From NCBI GenBank assembly GCA_964035545.1, contig OZ037770.1:5466729-5530728 (forward strand): a stretch of DNA of 64,000 nucleotides. The letters are read 5' to 3'. A program made the position numbers and the translations under genes. Numbering within the stretch: position 1 is the stretch's first letter; each line of letters begins with the position of its first letter. Under the pieces are notes generated by a model, which was given only the letters and a program-made list of their open reading frames with translations, ran no database searches and was not told the origin of the DNA. Shown piece by piece: positions 13,301 to 25,169 of the stretch. Source of the DNA: Bugula neritina (lineage: Eukaryota > Animalia > Bryozoa).

Positions 13301-16300
13301 TTCTTTGCACAGTTTCTCAGATTCTTGAAGAAAGTCATCTTTTAGCTGTTGATACTTCTCACTTTGAAACTTATCTTTGTGTGTGAAAACAAGTTTAGGT
13401 GGGCCAAGAGATGGATGAGCGAGATAGAGGTGAGACATGAAATCAAAGGCCAACTTTCTCACAGCCTCTCTGTTTGTAGATGCTTTCGAAATCTGATCAT
13501 ACTGCTCCATGTTGACTACAATGACTGGTACACAATTCTGTCTCAGTGTCAAATGGTATGTGATATGGTAGACCTCCTGGCCTCCCATATCAATGAGACG
13601 AAGAGTTGTACCATCCACCTCCACCTCTTCCACATTGAACACTTTTGTGGTCTCATCATACTCTGCATTCGAACTTCTCTTAGTCAGAACTCTCTTCCTG
13701 CCAGTGCTTTGTAATGTTTTGATCAGACTGGTTTTACCTGCCATGGTGTTCCCTAACACCGCTATTGTAGCAAATGGCAAGTTTCTACCAGTGCCCTTGG
13801 CCAAATCTGTGTAGTATTGTCGCACAGCATCTAATCCTCTCTGACAAATTTCTAGTGGAGGAGATGTAAGAGCATTGCATTTGTTTATATTCAGTGTATG
13901 GAGATGTGTTAGCTGTAGTATCTCCGGGTTCAAGGATGTCATGAATATGTTGAAGAAAAGATTCAGTGTGTGCAGATTACTCAATATGCACACTGAATAT
14001 GGTAGACTGGTGAAGTTATTTTCATTTATGTCTAGTGTCTGTAGCTCCTGTAGACTCTGTATTCTAATAAAATATTATATTTCTATTACCATCATAAACT
14101 AGAGGTAGTTGGTATACAATAATTAGGCAAGGTAGTATTGTGTGATAGTGACTATAGTAACCTCATATGAAACACTTTTAACTATCTAGCAATCAGCCTC
14201 ATGGTAGCTACAGAAAACAAGTACATATAAGCCACAACCATCATATTATATATACTGTATGTAAATTGGTGTTGTGTGTTGAGAGTAGAGAAAACGTAGA
14301 ATAAGTATTGGAAGACTAGAAAAAGATATTAGAGGATGCCGGCCTATAAGTCAGCAGGTATAAACCTGTGTACCTATCACCAGAAAAAGCAGCGATGACA
14401 TCAGAATCATGGAATACGATAGATTTGAACATTCCACTTTGCCTCAAAAAACCATATTCAAATACCTGGAGAATACAATTCACCAGGAAGCAGAATCTAG
14501 AGGTACAGGTGCGCATTGGCAACACCTAGGATAAATGGAGAGAACTGACTGAGGTAATATGTAACAATAAAGGAGAAATGAAGAGAGCTGACAATAAAGT
14601 TTGAAAGAAACTAAAGTCGCTTTTTCACAAGACAGTAATATGAGCAGTTCTACTGTATGGAGTGTAAATGTAATGTTACGAAATAGGATGTTTACTGAAA
14701 TTATAACTCGTAGTACAATCACACACAATCACAATATCATCAACCTCAAATTAGCCCAACCACTAGCTGCCAGTAGTCAACCTAATGCTTCTTTAATTAC
14801 TATCCCAAAACAGTAGCTACGCATGTAGAATGATTCATAGTCAGCAGCTATGCTTGCATTAGCTGTGATGTCACACGATGCTTGTTTACTTCAGCCCACT
14901 TCTTGAAACAGTAAGATCCTACCCCAAAATAGTAAATTGTAAAATCATACCTCTTACAACACAATAATGTTTATCAAATGGATTAGTATATAAGACAAAA
15001 CCATTTTTAGTAGTTGCAATATTGTTAGAGTCATGCTGTCAGTTTGGACAGCATTAAGTTTATGTAAGACTACCGAAGAGTAGCATTATTTGAAAGACTG
15101 TGCAAAGCCACAGCATCAACATAACAGTAGACTAGGAGAGAGAGAAAAGAGGTAATGAGCATCTATTTACAATTATATATCGTTATTACATTTTTATGTT
15201 ATAAAGTTTTTAATAATATGGGCTGTAGTTGCATGCTATGTTGAATCATTATTTCATGCTGCTATCTACAATTTATGATATACATTGCTAGTGCTTTTAC
15301 ATACATACTTATTATATTACGTACATTTTGTTTGCCTTATGCCTTATGTTGTATCATTATTATTCTAGTTTTTACGGTCCGCATTTGGTCAGTATTTGGT
15401 GACTCAAATAAACTCTGATCACGTCTAAAACCCTCCCTATTCCTAGTCAGGCTGTATAAGCTAGAGTGTCACTCTAAAGCAAGAGCCATAGCAAAGAGTG
15501 TCATTCTATAGTAAACATGGCCATTGACCGATTACCTTGCTGAAAGATTTAGCATAGCGTAGGTGAGAACCAGTCTTAAAGATGACAAAACCAGCGAGAG
15601 AATTAGGCAGTATTTACACATATATATAGAAGAGAGATGACATGAGAAGAGTACATGTGATGAGAGTTAGAGCAAAGAGAAATCGAGATGCTCATAGCGT
15701 AGTCAGCAGGACGCAATCAGGAAAAATAACCAATTCTGTTTTCTCAATGAAGAAGACCCTCAGAATGAAGTTATGTAGAAAAGTTTATTTAGGCTAGGCC
15801 TCTGGCAGCCACCCACTACCCAAGCAAGACATAAAGGCAATAGGTGAGGGTACTGCCATACACTGCGTTTCCATGACTTCGCATAATGCGAATGAATGCC
15901 CCATACGGATTATTTGTGGTTTGTGGTTTGCATTAACTTATAGTTGCGGTTTCATTCGATGTAACTGTTTCCATTAGCCGAATGAAAAAATCCATTCGCA
16001 ATAATTCCCATATATGCATAGTATCTCATTGTTTCATCAAAATTTTGGAAGGAAATGAGAAGAGACACTAATAATTTATATAAATGAAATAAAAAAACCA
16101 TAAGGATCATTTTGATAGGCATCATGCCTATGGAAATGCTTTTGTTATGTCTTAAAATTAGCTTGGGACATTGCTATTATGGAAAACAATGAGGCGTCCT
16201 CAAACTTTTTCACAGCACTGTACCTGACCACAAAATCTATTGTTAACCTAAGCCAGTCAGTAGGAGTGTACACATCAGATAGTCAACAAGTCTCTTAGCC

Positions 16301-19300
16301 CACAACTCTTTAGTCATTAGTAATGAAAGGCAAAGTCTGACATATCTCAACATAACTGTATGTTACCATACTTTGTACCACATATAATATGATGGGTATA
16401 ATTGATTTTGTCATTTTATCTTATATACAGTGTTGATGTAATAATATGACTACATTATATAATTCATTTATATATGTCTTTTTTGTACCTGCAGGTTTAA
16501 ATAATATAATATACATGCTAGTAACACTATAATAGAGGGTAATGAATTTGTAAGTAAATATCATTATAGTCATTACAGAATACATAAAAACAATATTATT
16601 ACTCTGTGTGCCTGCATTCTGTTACTGCAATTTTTTATGTTATAGTTTATCATAGATCATGTGACCCTGAGTATTAAACTTTATGTTTTATTCAACAGAG
16701 TACTTGTTTCATGTCATCAATAAAGAGAATCAGTGTTGTCAAACCTTTGCATTGACTTGTATTGAATACTAGCACAATGTAGTCTACTGTATTATAATAA
16801 TATATACTGTATATATATTATGCTGCTTGTGCATTCAAACAAGGAATAAAGTTTAGGCAGCAATGCAAATTTCAGTGCAGAGCTAATAAGTCAAGACAGC
16901 TAATGAGGATTCAACAGTAAATAAATACTAATAAACTATAAATGGCTGCTTTATTATAAATTATGAAGGTTTTCATATATATTTTACGACAAATCGTAGA
17001 ACTATGTTATTTTCAAGATGTGAGAGACTATAATACACATGTAACTTCAAAAAAACTCCAGATTATATACCTCTATATTTTTAACCTAGTAATATATAAT
17101 GGGGTACTAATTAAAATTATTTAGCATGCATAAATATGTGAGTTACTGTATTTTTAAACAACACAAAAGCTGTGAAACACAAACCTCTCAGGTAGAGTAG
17201 ATAATCTACAGTCCTTCATACACAACTCTTTAAGTGATGTGAGTGATGACACAACTTCTGGTACTGTGTAGAGAGGATTATCTCCTATGTCTAGTTTCTC
17301 TAACTGAGTCAGCTGACACAGACTATAATATAAAGTGTGTGATATATGTAGTCTAATGCATAAGGATAATATATATACTGTATACATTTCTTGTGTATTC
17401 AAACCAGGTAAAAAATTCAAGTAATGCACTTACTGTTACAAGACACCACAAGAGGTCGTTTCATTATTAAATACAAAACGTTTTACTACAGAATGGTATA
17501 TAATACCATAGCTTACAACTGTGTTACTTCAAGGATATAACAAACTATTACATGCCTTTGAAAAATTCACTTTATATTTTTAACCACAGCAATATATAAT
17601 ATAATATACTTTAATATTACTTTTTAAGCATATAAATATATGAATGTCTCAGTTTTTGAAACAAGGAAAGCATACCATGACACTAGTACACTTACAAAAC
17701 TACTAAATAGAATTTAGAACTCCAATCATTTTTCAACAATAAAGCATTAAAATTTCACATACACTATAAAAGCCACCCAGAAAAAAAGGAACTGAATACA
17801 GAACAATCAGCCTAAAGAGTTTTGTTGTAACCAAGTTATTTTGAAGATGTGAATTATTGAATGCTAGAAACAATACAAAATCTGTGAAACACAAACCTCT
17901 GAGGTAGAGTAGATAATCTACAGCCTCCCATATTCAACTCTTCAAGTGATGTGAGTGATGACACAACTTCTGGTACTGTGTTGAGAGGATTATATCCTAC
18001 GTCTAGTCTCTCTAACTGAGTCAGCTGACACAGACTGTAATATAAAGTGTGTGATACTTGTAGTCTACTGCATAAGGATAATATATATTATATACTGTAT
18101 ACATCTCTTGTGTATTCAAACCAAGTAAAACATGCAAGAAACACACTTATTGTTGCATAGTACAGCGGAGAGTTTTTGTAGTTATATTGTAGGTGAGGAG
18201 AGAAAGCTTCATTATGCAAAGTTAGCTATTAGCTTATAGTACATGGGGCCCCATTCTACACGCTAAGTAAGTTAATCTGATGACTAAATTGTAATGTAAT
18301 ATATTTGTAGTTTATGACTTAAAGTAGCCTTTTCTATACTACTATAAACTGTGAATTACTTCAGTTTTCAGCTACATAAAACATGATTTATTTAATGCTA
18401 TCAACTAGCAGTATACAGGCAGCTTTAAACCCTCTAATTACTACAACCAGCTTACTTGGTATAGTTACAATGTTGCACATGTCCTTATTTTTATGTATAT
18501 TATATTGTATAAATATGTTATCAGCAAAAGGATGCTACAGCTTCAGCATCTATTATAGGTTATTATTTAATAAACAACTAAACTCATTTAACATTCACAC
18601 AGCTATTGTAATAGACACTCACTTGTCCAGACTTGCCCTGTCAGTCAGGTGAGAAACAAGTAGACGCAGGGCTTTACCAGCAATCTCTCCAATGTTACTT
18701 GGAAGTTTCCCTTCCAGTTTCAGATCTATGATATCATAACTCCCAACTTCACGTTTTACCTCAGCAGTAGTATATAATTTGGTATTAGCCCACCATACAT
18801 CTGACCAGCTCACAGGAGGCTGTCCAGAATGTCTGAACCAGATTTTCATATTCTCTGTAACATAATACAGCAATAGTGTGATTACTACACAGTGCTAGCA
18901 GGTGGTGTCTATCATTCTGACACCTGTCATCTACTGTTTGAATATATTTATTATATGGTGGATGTTAATATTCATATCTATAACTAAATTACACATAATT
19001 ATTTTATTGAGTAGCTTTAGACTCTTCATAATTAGTCATTTTGTGTATAATTTCCAGAGCAGTGTTGATTACTTTGCAATAAGACAACTCTAACCAAGCT
19101 GCTTTCATCATCTTACAATTTTTCAAAGCATTAAGTTGATTGTTGACATAAACAAGTATAGGATGTAGTGATGATGTATTAATCAGTATCTATTAAATTG
19201 TATTGACATAACATCTACATTCACTTATCTGTTACCTTTCATACTTCAAGGTTTACATACATGTACTAAAGAGTTGGACATACAAACATTACATACAGAT

Positions 19301-19594
19301 GAAGATAACAATGAATAGTGATGGATACAACCAAACATATGCATATTCTTCACATTAGTATTTGATGTAAAATCCAAAACTTACAGATTAATAATCTTAC
19401 ATTAGTTTTACATCTAAAGCTACAGTTTGATGTATTACTCATATATGAGAAGCCTGTGCAGTGTTGACTAAATATAATAATCAAAATTATACAATTATAA
19501 TAATTTACATCCTATTATCAGTATTGGAATATTTTTATTGTCCCGGAACAATTGAATAAAGTAGTTATTAAATTCACTCACCACCAGTTGCCAT
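8409..19594 (-). CDS. LRR-ROC-COR-caspase fusion protein (MFHAS1/MASL1-like Roco protein with C-terminal caspase), 12 coding exons, ~1208 aa
   Basis: Hand-spliced exons 19594-19582, 18854-18623, 18034-17897, 17322-17185, 14063-12061, 11725-11636, 11384-11239, 10389-10219, 9739-9526, 9386-9159, 8973-8870, 8558-8409. All introns GT-AG, phases 1,2,2,2,1,1,0,0,1,1,0, total 3627 nt with no internal stop. Start gccATGG (MATG|ENMKIW); ends ...KRLYLFPGFDGLDEEEKP*. Motifs: LRRs, GNTMAGKTS, DMGGQE, THKD, COR, RGKALIINNKNF, SHG, EACSG. Confidence 0.88.
10585..11172. mobile_element. Non-autonomous TIR element (MITE-like) in a Roco-caspase intron
   Basis: Imperfect ~50-bp inverted termini AGCGTAGAGCCACTCGAAATG... 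/ ...GGCTTCGTATGGCCCTACGCT; higher GC than the flanks; no clear TSD. Confidence 0.7.
12061..14063 (-). CDS. Large exon encoding the last LRRs, ROC GTPase and COR domain
   Basis: ORF 12032..13993. LRRs (LQELQTLDINEN, LSNLHTLNL, LTHLHTLNI) and LTSPPLEIC cap; P-loop GNTMAGKTS, G3 DMGGQEVY, G4 THKD typical of ROC; COR-like LTYMHDCGKVLWY; C-terminal CFCAHC. Acceptor ttattag at 14064, donor gtaagt at 12060. Confidence 0.93.
14380..14620 (+). mobile_element. RTE-clade LINE RT fragment (degenerate), antisense in a Roco intron
   Basis: Reads FKYLENTIHQE...VQVRIGN..DKWRELTEVICN with frameshifts, typical of RTE RT. Further RTE-like C-terminal remnants near 15640-15775. Confidence 0.6.
15861..16006. mobile_element. 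Truncated copy of the small CACTGCGTTTCCAT-TIR MITE
   Basis: Near-identical to 49592-49725. Confidence 0.75.
17185..17322 (-). CDS. LRR exon copy B (138 nt, phase 2-2, two 23-aa LRRs) of the Roco-caspase gene
   Basis: ttatag|...|gtttgt boundaries; LCQLTQLEKLDIGDNPLYTVPEVVSSLTSLKELCMKDCRLSTLPE (within ORF 17154..17429). Confidence 0.9.
17897..18034 (-). CDS. LRR exon copy A (138 nt, phase 2-2, two 23-aa LRRs) of the Roco-caspase gene
   Basis: ttacag|...|gtttgt boundaries; translates LCQLTQLERLDVGYNPLNTVPEVVSSLTSLEELNMGGCRLSTLPQ. Missing from the ORF track. Confidence 0.9.
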
Positions 19595-19657
19595 GGCTAC
19601 CAAATGGTGGATTGTCTTTCTTGGTAATAAGTTTTAGCTAAAGTGTAGCAGCTCCAT
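19595..19657 (-). other. 5' UTR part of the first coding exon, with short uORF (MELLHFS*)
   Basis: Acceptor gttttag at 19658-19664 precedes this segment, implying further upstream non-coding exon(s). The ATG at 19657 closes at TAA before the main gccATGG. Confidence 0.45.
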
Positions 19658-21304
19658 CTAAAACATATATTAAATATAAAGTAAAATAATATGATTACTC
19701 ATCATATTCATTATATTCTTAGAGTACATTAATATTTCTAAATATAATGAATATTTGGCTAAACAATACACCAGATCATCAAAAGTTTCACAACTTCCTG
19801 AAATAGGTGTAGGCAGCTATTAAATTTAAAGCAGTAGAATATAATTACTTGCTATTTTCACCCTTTGTAAAGTACAAGGATATTCTCGAAAAAGAGTCCA
19901 GATCTGACTAAGCAATACACCAGGTGAACAAATTTGAATCAGAACATTTGACAACTCTCAAATACTTATAGATTTTATAACATATATATATACGTACATA
20001 TAGTCATTACTAAAAAAAGGATTCCTTTGCTTCAAATGCTTGAAAGTTGAATAAAATGTTACTTAAGCGGACTAATGACATTAATTTTTCATTTGACTTG
20101 ACACAGTTTGGGGTTTGAGAAAAACTCATCTCAAGGGACTTCTTAAAATATTTATTTTCACGCAAGCAAGATAGTTATAATAATGTAACTGCAGAATCAA
20201 AAACTGCATTCGACATATCCCCAGGTGCAGAAGTATTACAAAATGTTGTACTTCTGAACAAAGCTATATCAAACATTATCACCCAGCAATTTACAAACTC
20301 CGATATAAATGGACCAAACCTTACAACATGACTATAAAACAGTCTAAGGAGATGTGGAGAATTATTAAAAAGTGGAAATTCCACAATTCATGACTAACTC
20401 TACAAGATTACTGACCTCTACTAGCTGCAGTGCTATTGAAACATGTGGCCTAGTAACTTATGTTCACTTCTTTCAAATTAAGTATTTTGCATTTATTCGA
20501 GCTCAATAAAACATACAATATATAGCTGCACTCTTCATTTTTCAAACAGGTAGTAGCACTTTCTGTTTAGTCAAGCTAGCATAGCAAATAATGTGTAATG
20601 ATACCAAACATGAATTAGTTACTAGAAACTCTGTTGTAGAGAACCAATAGCGTGGAATTTAAGATCATCACTCATACTGGTTATGATAATAAAATAGCTA
20701 CAGAAACTATCACAGTTGGTCTGCCATTCTTCCATTCTGAACCAACTATAAAAGATGATACCCTTCAGCATACCTATGCACTGCTATACCTAATTTGTAT
20801 CATTAGATATTAACAAGACTACATACACACAGACTTGTAGTCTGTATCTCCTACTCTGTAGTACTGATTAGAGACTTACATAGTTTTACTATTTCTACTC
20901 TTAATATATATTTTCTGCTGAGAAGAGTCGATTACTAGAAGAGGGTTTAGAGTGATGACAGTAAGACAGTGGGTGAAGATTCCTACACAACTACCAGAAT
21001 ACCTGCGTTTTTCAGTCACCTGAACCAGTGTAAGCTAGACTATTAGTGTAAGGGTGGAATATATAAACAAAAAACAGTAACAATTCTAATGGCTGTGCCA
21101 GGTTATATATATGTGACCAATTAATCCATTTACGCAAATAGATTCTCTTAAATCAAATACATATAAGATATATTTTGATTGAACAGGTTGATCTTGCATT
21201 CTTTTCATTAGATTTAGGATAGACAAGAATTCAAAAACTAGATGCAATACATGTTATGTTCTACACTTTAGATGTAAACAAGATAAGATTTCACATATTA
21301 CATG

Positions 21305-21412
21305 GTAACAAGATAGTACTCTGTACATAACTATATGTAAACAAGGTAGTACTCTGTACAGAACTAGATGTAAACAAGGTAGTACTCTGCACATAACTAG
21401 ATGTAAACAAGG
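21305..21412. repeat. 33-bp minisatellite (~3 copies)
   Basis: AACAAGGTAGTACTCTGYACAKAACTAKATGTA repeated. Confidence 0.85.
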
Positions 21413-24400
21413 TTATATTTTATAATTGATCAAAGAACAAAAAAGTTTATTTTCAGAAGTATTTCATCATCTCTTCAAATTTTCAGGTTTTTCACTATCC
21501 TCATTGCAAAGAAAAACTTTACTTACTATTTTCCGCTAATGTGAGGCAACTTTGGTTGCAAGAGATACAACAATGTTCTTTGAAACGCTAACAAATGAGA
21601 TGAGTAGGTAATTGGAAAGGGCCAGATAGAATATATTAAAAAACTGAAACTAACTAACTAAAAGTAAAAAGAACTGCAAAATAGAATAGTTAAAATCATT
21701 ACAACTTATACAAATTTTCAAAAAGTCATAGATGGATTTAACAAGTTTTTTCTCTTGACTATCATCACAAAACACCAACAAAACTGAGAACAAATTTTAA
21801 GCTAAATCTATTTGCTCTTCATATTTTTTCCAAATTATTGTATGTTATTCAAAAAATATATATAAAACAATAAATTACTTCATCCTAATTGAGACATGCA
21901 ATACAACCATAACTTATCTAAAAATAAGTCGAGCCAGGTAGGAACACCACATGCACAACAACAACTAACACAGTGCAATAACTAAAACTAAACTAAGCAC
22001 CAGCGAGGCAACTTTCTTAGCTGTATAAAATATGTTTAAGCATTTTGCTTCACTTAAAGACCAAAATGAAACCTGACATATGCTAGAGTGTATCTAAAAT
22101 AAAACAATTTGTAATGACCGTAATAAATATGTTTGATTGTTATATAATTTAATTCCTATTCAACACTATGTAATTTTACATGGGCAAGCCGATGGTCATG
22201 TTTATGAGGTATATTAGAGTGAAGACTTTGAAGAAAATGTAAAAACCTGTGGGCTATTATTGCTCCATTGCAAGAAGCACCAATATGTTAAAGAACAAAC
22301 AGTAATCACATTAATAACATGTGGTCTTTGCTATGCTCTTGGTTGTTACCAAAATGATCTCAAATTAATTTAAAAAAACTGTTTCAAAAGATTACAACAT
22401 TGTTATCATACTGATAATTAATTTTTATTCTAATAATATTCAGAAGTAATATTGTTGGAGGTATCATAAATATGACTGAGCATGCTTGGACTACCTCGTT
22501 TAACTAGCTATTGAAGACTGCTATATTATAGCCAACGCAGTCCATACCTAACAGTTGAGCTGACAAGTTGCAGATTTAGATATCATGCAGATTATTGGAT
22601 GTTTATAATAAAGTGCAGTTTGTGTTGAAAACGATACAAAGGTATGTTTTTCTGTTTGTGCTGTCAAACATTAAAGCTATACATATAGAGTCATATTATA
22701 TCATGTTATTGAGGCTTCTGCAATTGTTAAATGTTATGATTTTTTGAACCAAAGAATGCTGTTGTGTGATCTTTTGTTATGTTATGCTGTTGGATGTGGA
22801 TTAAAATGTGATTTCAGATCAGCTGTTTAGTTAGATATAATGAAGAATATATAAAATAATAATTGGTAAACAGAAAATAACCTTTACAAGTTCTACAAAT
22901 AGAGAGCTGCTAAGACTGGAGCCAGCAAGGTATAAGATAATATAAAAAGGCAGTCCATACAAATTGCTAAAATAGACAACTATTTTATTCACTATTAGCA
23001 TTAGTGTTTTACTGCCATGAAAAAAATTTCTGTCTATTGTTTATGATAATTAGAGTGAGAACAAACCGGAAAGATATCAAATTAAAAATTAAAGAGGTAA
23101 ACAAAGTGCTTTATCTATGACACTTGTTCAGTTAATTATAACAATGCTATAACACATGTCATGGTATAACTATCAAGCATGATATATTTACCAATAACTG
23201 TTGGCACTGCAATGGTACCAATGACTATGTAATGTAACAGATTTGAAAATCTATCCATGCCTTAGTTGTTTTTATGTGAATTCTTTAACTGTTCTATTTA
23301 CATGAACGCCTTAATTAGTCTCATTGCATAGTTTTCTTTGTTCAAATTTCGTTTGTTTTCTTTTGAGCTCCATTTCATTTGAGCATCGAACATCTCAAGT
23401 TTGATTCAACTTTAGACACTTGAAACATTGCAAAAATTTAGATTGGAAAGTCTTGGAAGTTTGGAGAGTTTAAATTTATGAGTGTAGAAAGGCGATCTTT
23501 TCTAGTATTGTATCAATCTGTAATCGCAGCTCGCCAACTGCTCTTCTACTTGGAGTTATTGATACTGATTAGGCAAACATAACCACAGGTTCTCTTATTA
23601 AGGACACCCAATGAGAAAATCAATTTGACCCAAAATCTGTCCTTTCTCTGACTACATAAAACTTTATGTAGTCAGAGAAAGCCAATAAAAGCCCACAAGT
23701 TCATCAAACGGTTTGAGTTTATTTTGGGACCATAGCTAATGCTCTACCAAAAGAAGACACAGGAAAGTGACAGGAGGAGGACCGGAGATGAAGCCACTTA
23801 CTATGGAGGCTCTAGCCCTGGGTTTCTAAAAAGTTCAGCAGTGCAATAGGCACCACCTGGAAACAACTTTCATTTCAAGACATCAGGATTCAATAAAGAT
23901 GGTGATGTGGTACAGTTCAGTTCGCAGTTTTTGAATGTGGCCATGTGGATTTCTGCCAACTGCAATCCCAGATCTAACGCCAACATGAAAAAAGTCTAGC
24001 CTGTGCTAAAGAAGCATGGGCAAAACTCTTGCCGCTGGGTGAGAAGCCCCTCACAGATCTCGGAAGCCGCAAAATCTCACTGAAGCTCTGGCTTGGCCAT
24101 TCACCAAGCGGCTAGCAAGGTTACCCGGCGAATTTGTGGAAAAAAATGTTCTTCCTACGATCAAATGTTCCCCATATTGCCCTCCAAACTTCAGAAATTT
24201 CCAAGGTTGTCAAGGTTCAACAGAGTCTTCTTTTAAGACTCAAAACATGTTTCTCCCAGAGACTGATTGCTTCAAAAACAGCTAATTATACAGAAGCGAC
24301 TACTTCCTGCCTAGGAAAGTTGCTGGTAAAAATGCCACTTTTTTTGACACCGGGTGCTCCACTAAACTGCTGAGTTACGTCTCTTCAACACTCTTGGTGC

Positions 24401-24899
24401 TCGAGAGCTAGCAAACCCCGAGACGTTTGATAGTAATCGTGGTTCTTTAGCAAACAGAGCATGTATTCCATCATAGCACTACCTATAAGAACTTGTGATT
24501 ACCAGACCCTAGTGAAATCAGGCGTTGGCTATAGATTCTTTGTTAGTTTATTTACTCGATTGAGCTGGTCAGAAGCACAGAAATTCTAACGGTCTGAGCC
24601 GTTGTTCATGAGCGAACTGTAGGCAGTGCCTGCACATAGAGAACTAAAACGGGTGACTTGCTATTCTTGACAAATTATAGCACCCGTGCAAGATAAGTGC
24701 CTACAGCTGCGAACATGGGCATTATGGTCCGAACAACCGCTCTGTCCCTTAATAGCATTAAGCTGTGCTGACTCAAAAAGAAGCTACTTGGCGTGGTAGT
24801 GGATATGTGTAAGCCAAGAAGAATAAAAGATGACCTAGTAAAAAAAACAAGTGGCAGGAAGTGGTTGAGTTCCGACACTTCTGTAGCCACCGGGATCCT

Positions 24900-25120
24900 C
24901 TTCAGTTCAACCAAGATGAGTTACTAGCCATATCACTAGCAGCAGCCACCCAACACCAAAAAAGAAGGAGCAGTCTACCCACTTGCTTTCCAACGTGATT
25001 TGTAATGGGGGACTAAAAAGCAGGCCCATGCCGGGGTCAATCAGATAACCACTTACCTATAGTTGTGGTGGAACTAGCATGAAATGACTTGGAACGGTAT
25101 TGTGAAGTCTGTCATGCTAG
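24900..25120 (+). mobile_element. Old gypsy integrase zinc-binding-domain remnant
   Basis: RDL*WGTKKQAHAGVNQ... aligns with RELIWDTHKQAYAGASQ at ~29500. Confidence 0.5.
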
Positions 25121-25169
25121 CATGAATAGCCATCCCACTAACTATGCCCTGGCTGGGTGTGGCACATAG

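Noticed and set aside
12032-13993. Treating the 653-aa ORF as a complete stand-alone Roco gene
   Set aside because: It starts at GTG mid-LRR and has a clear acceptor at 14064 and donor at 12060; it is an internal exon.
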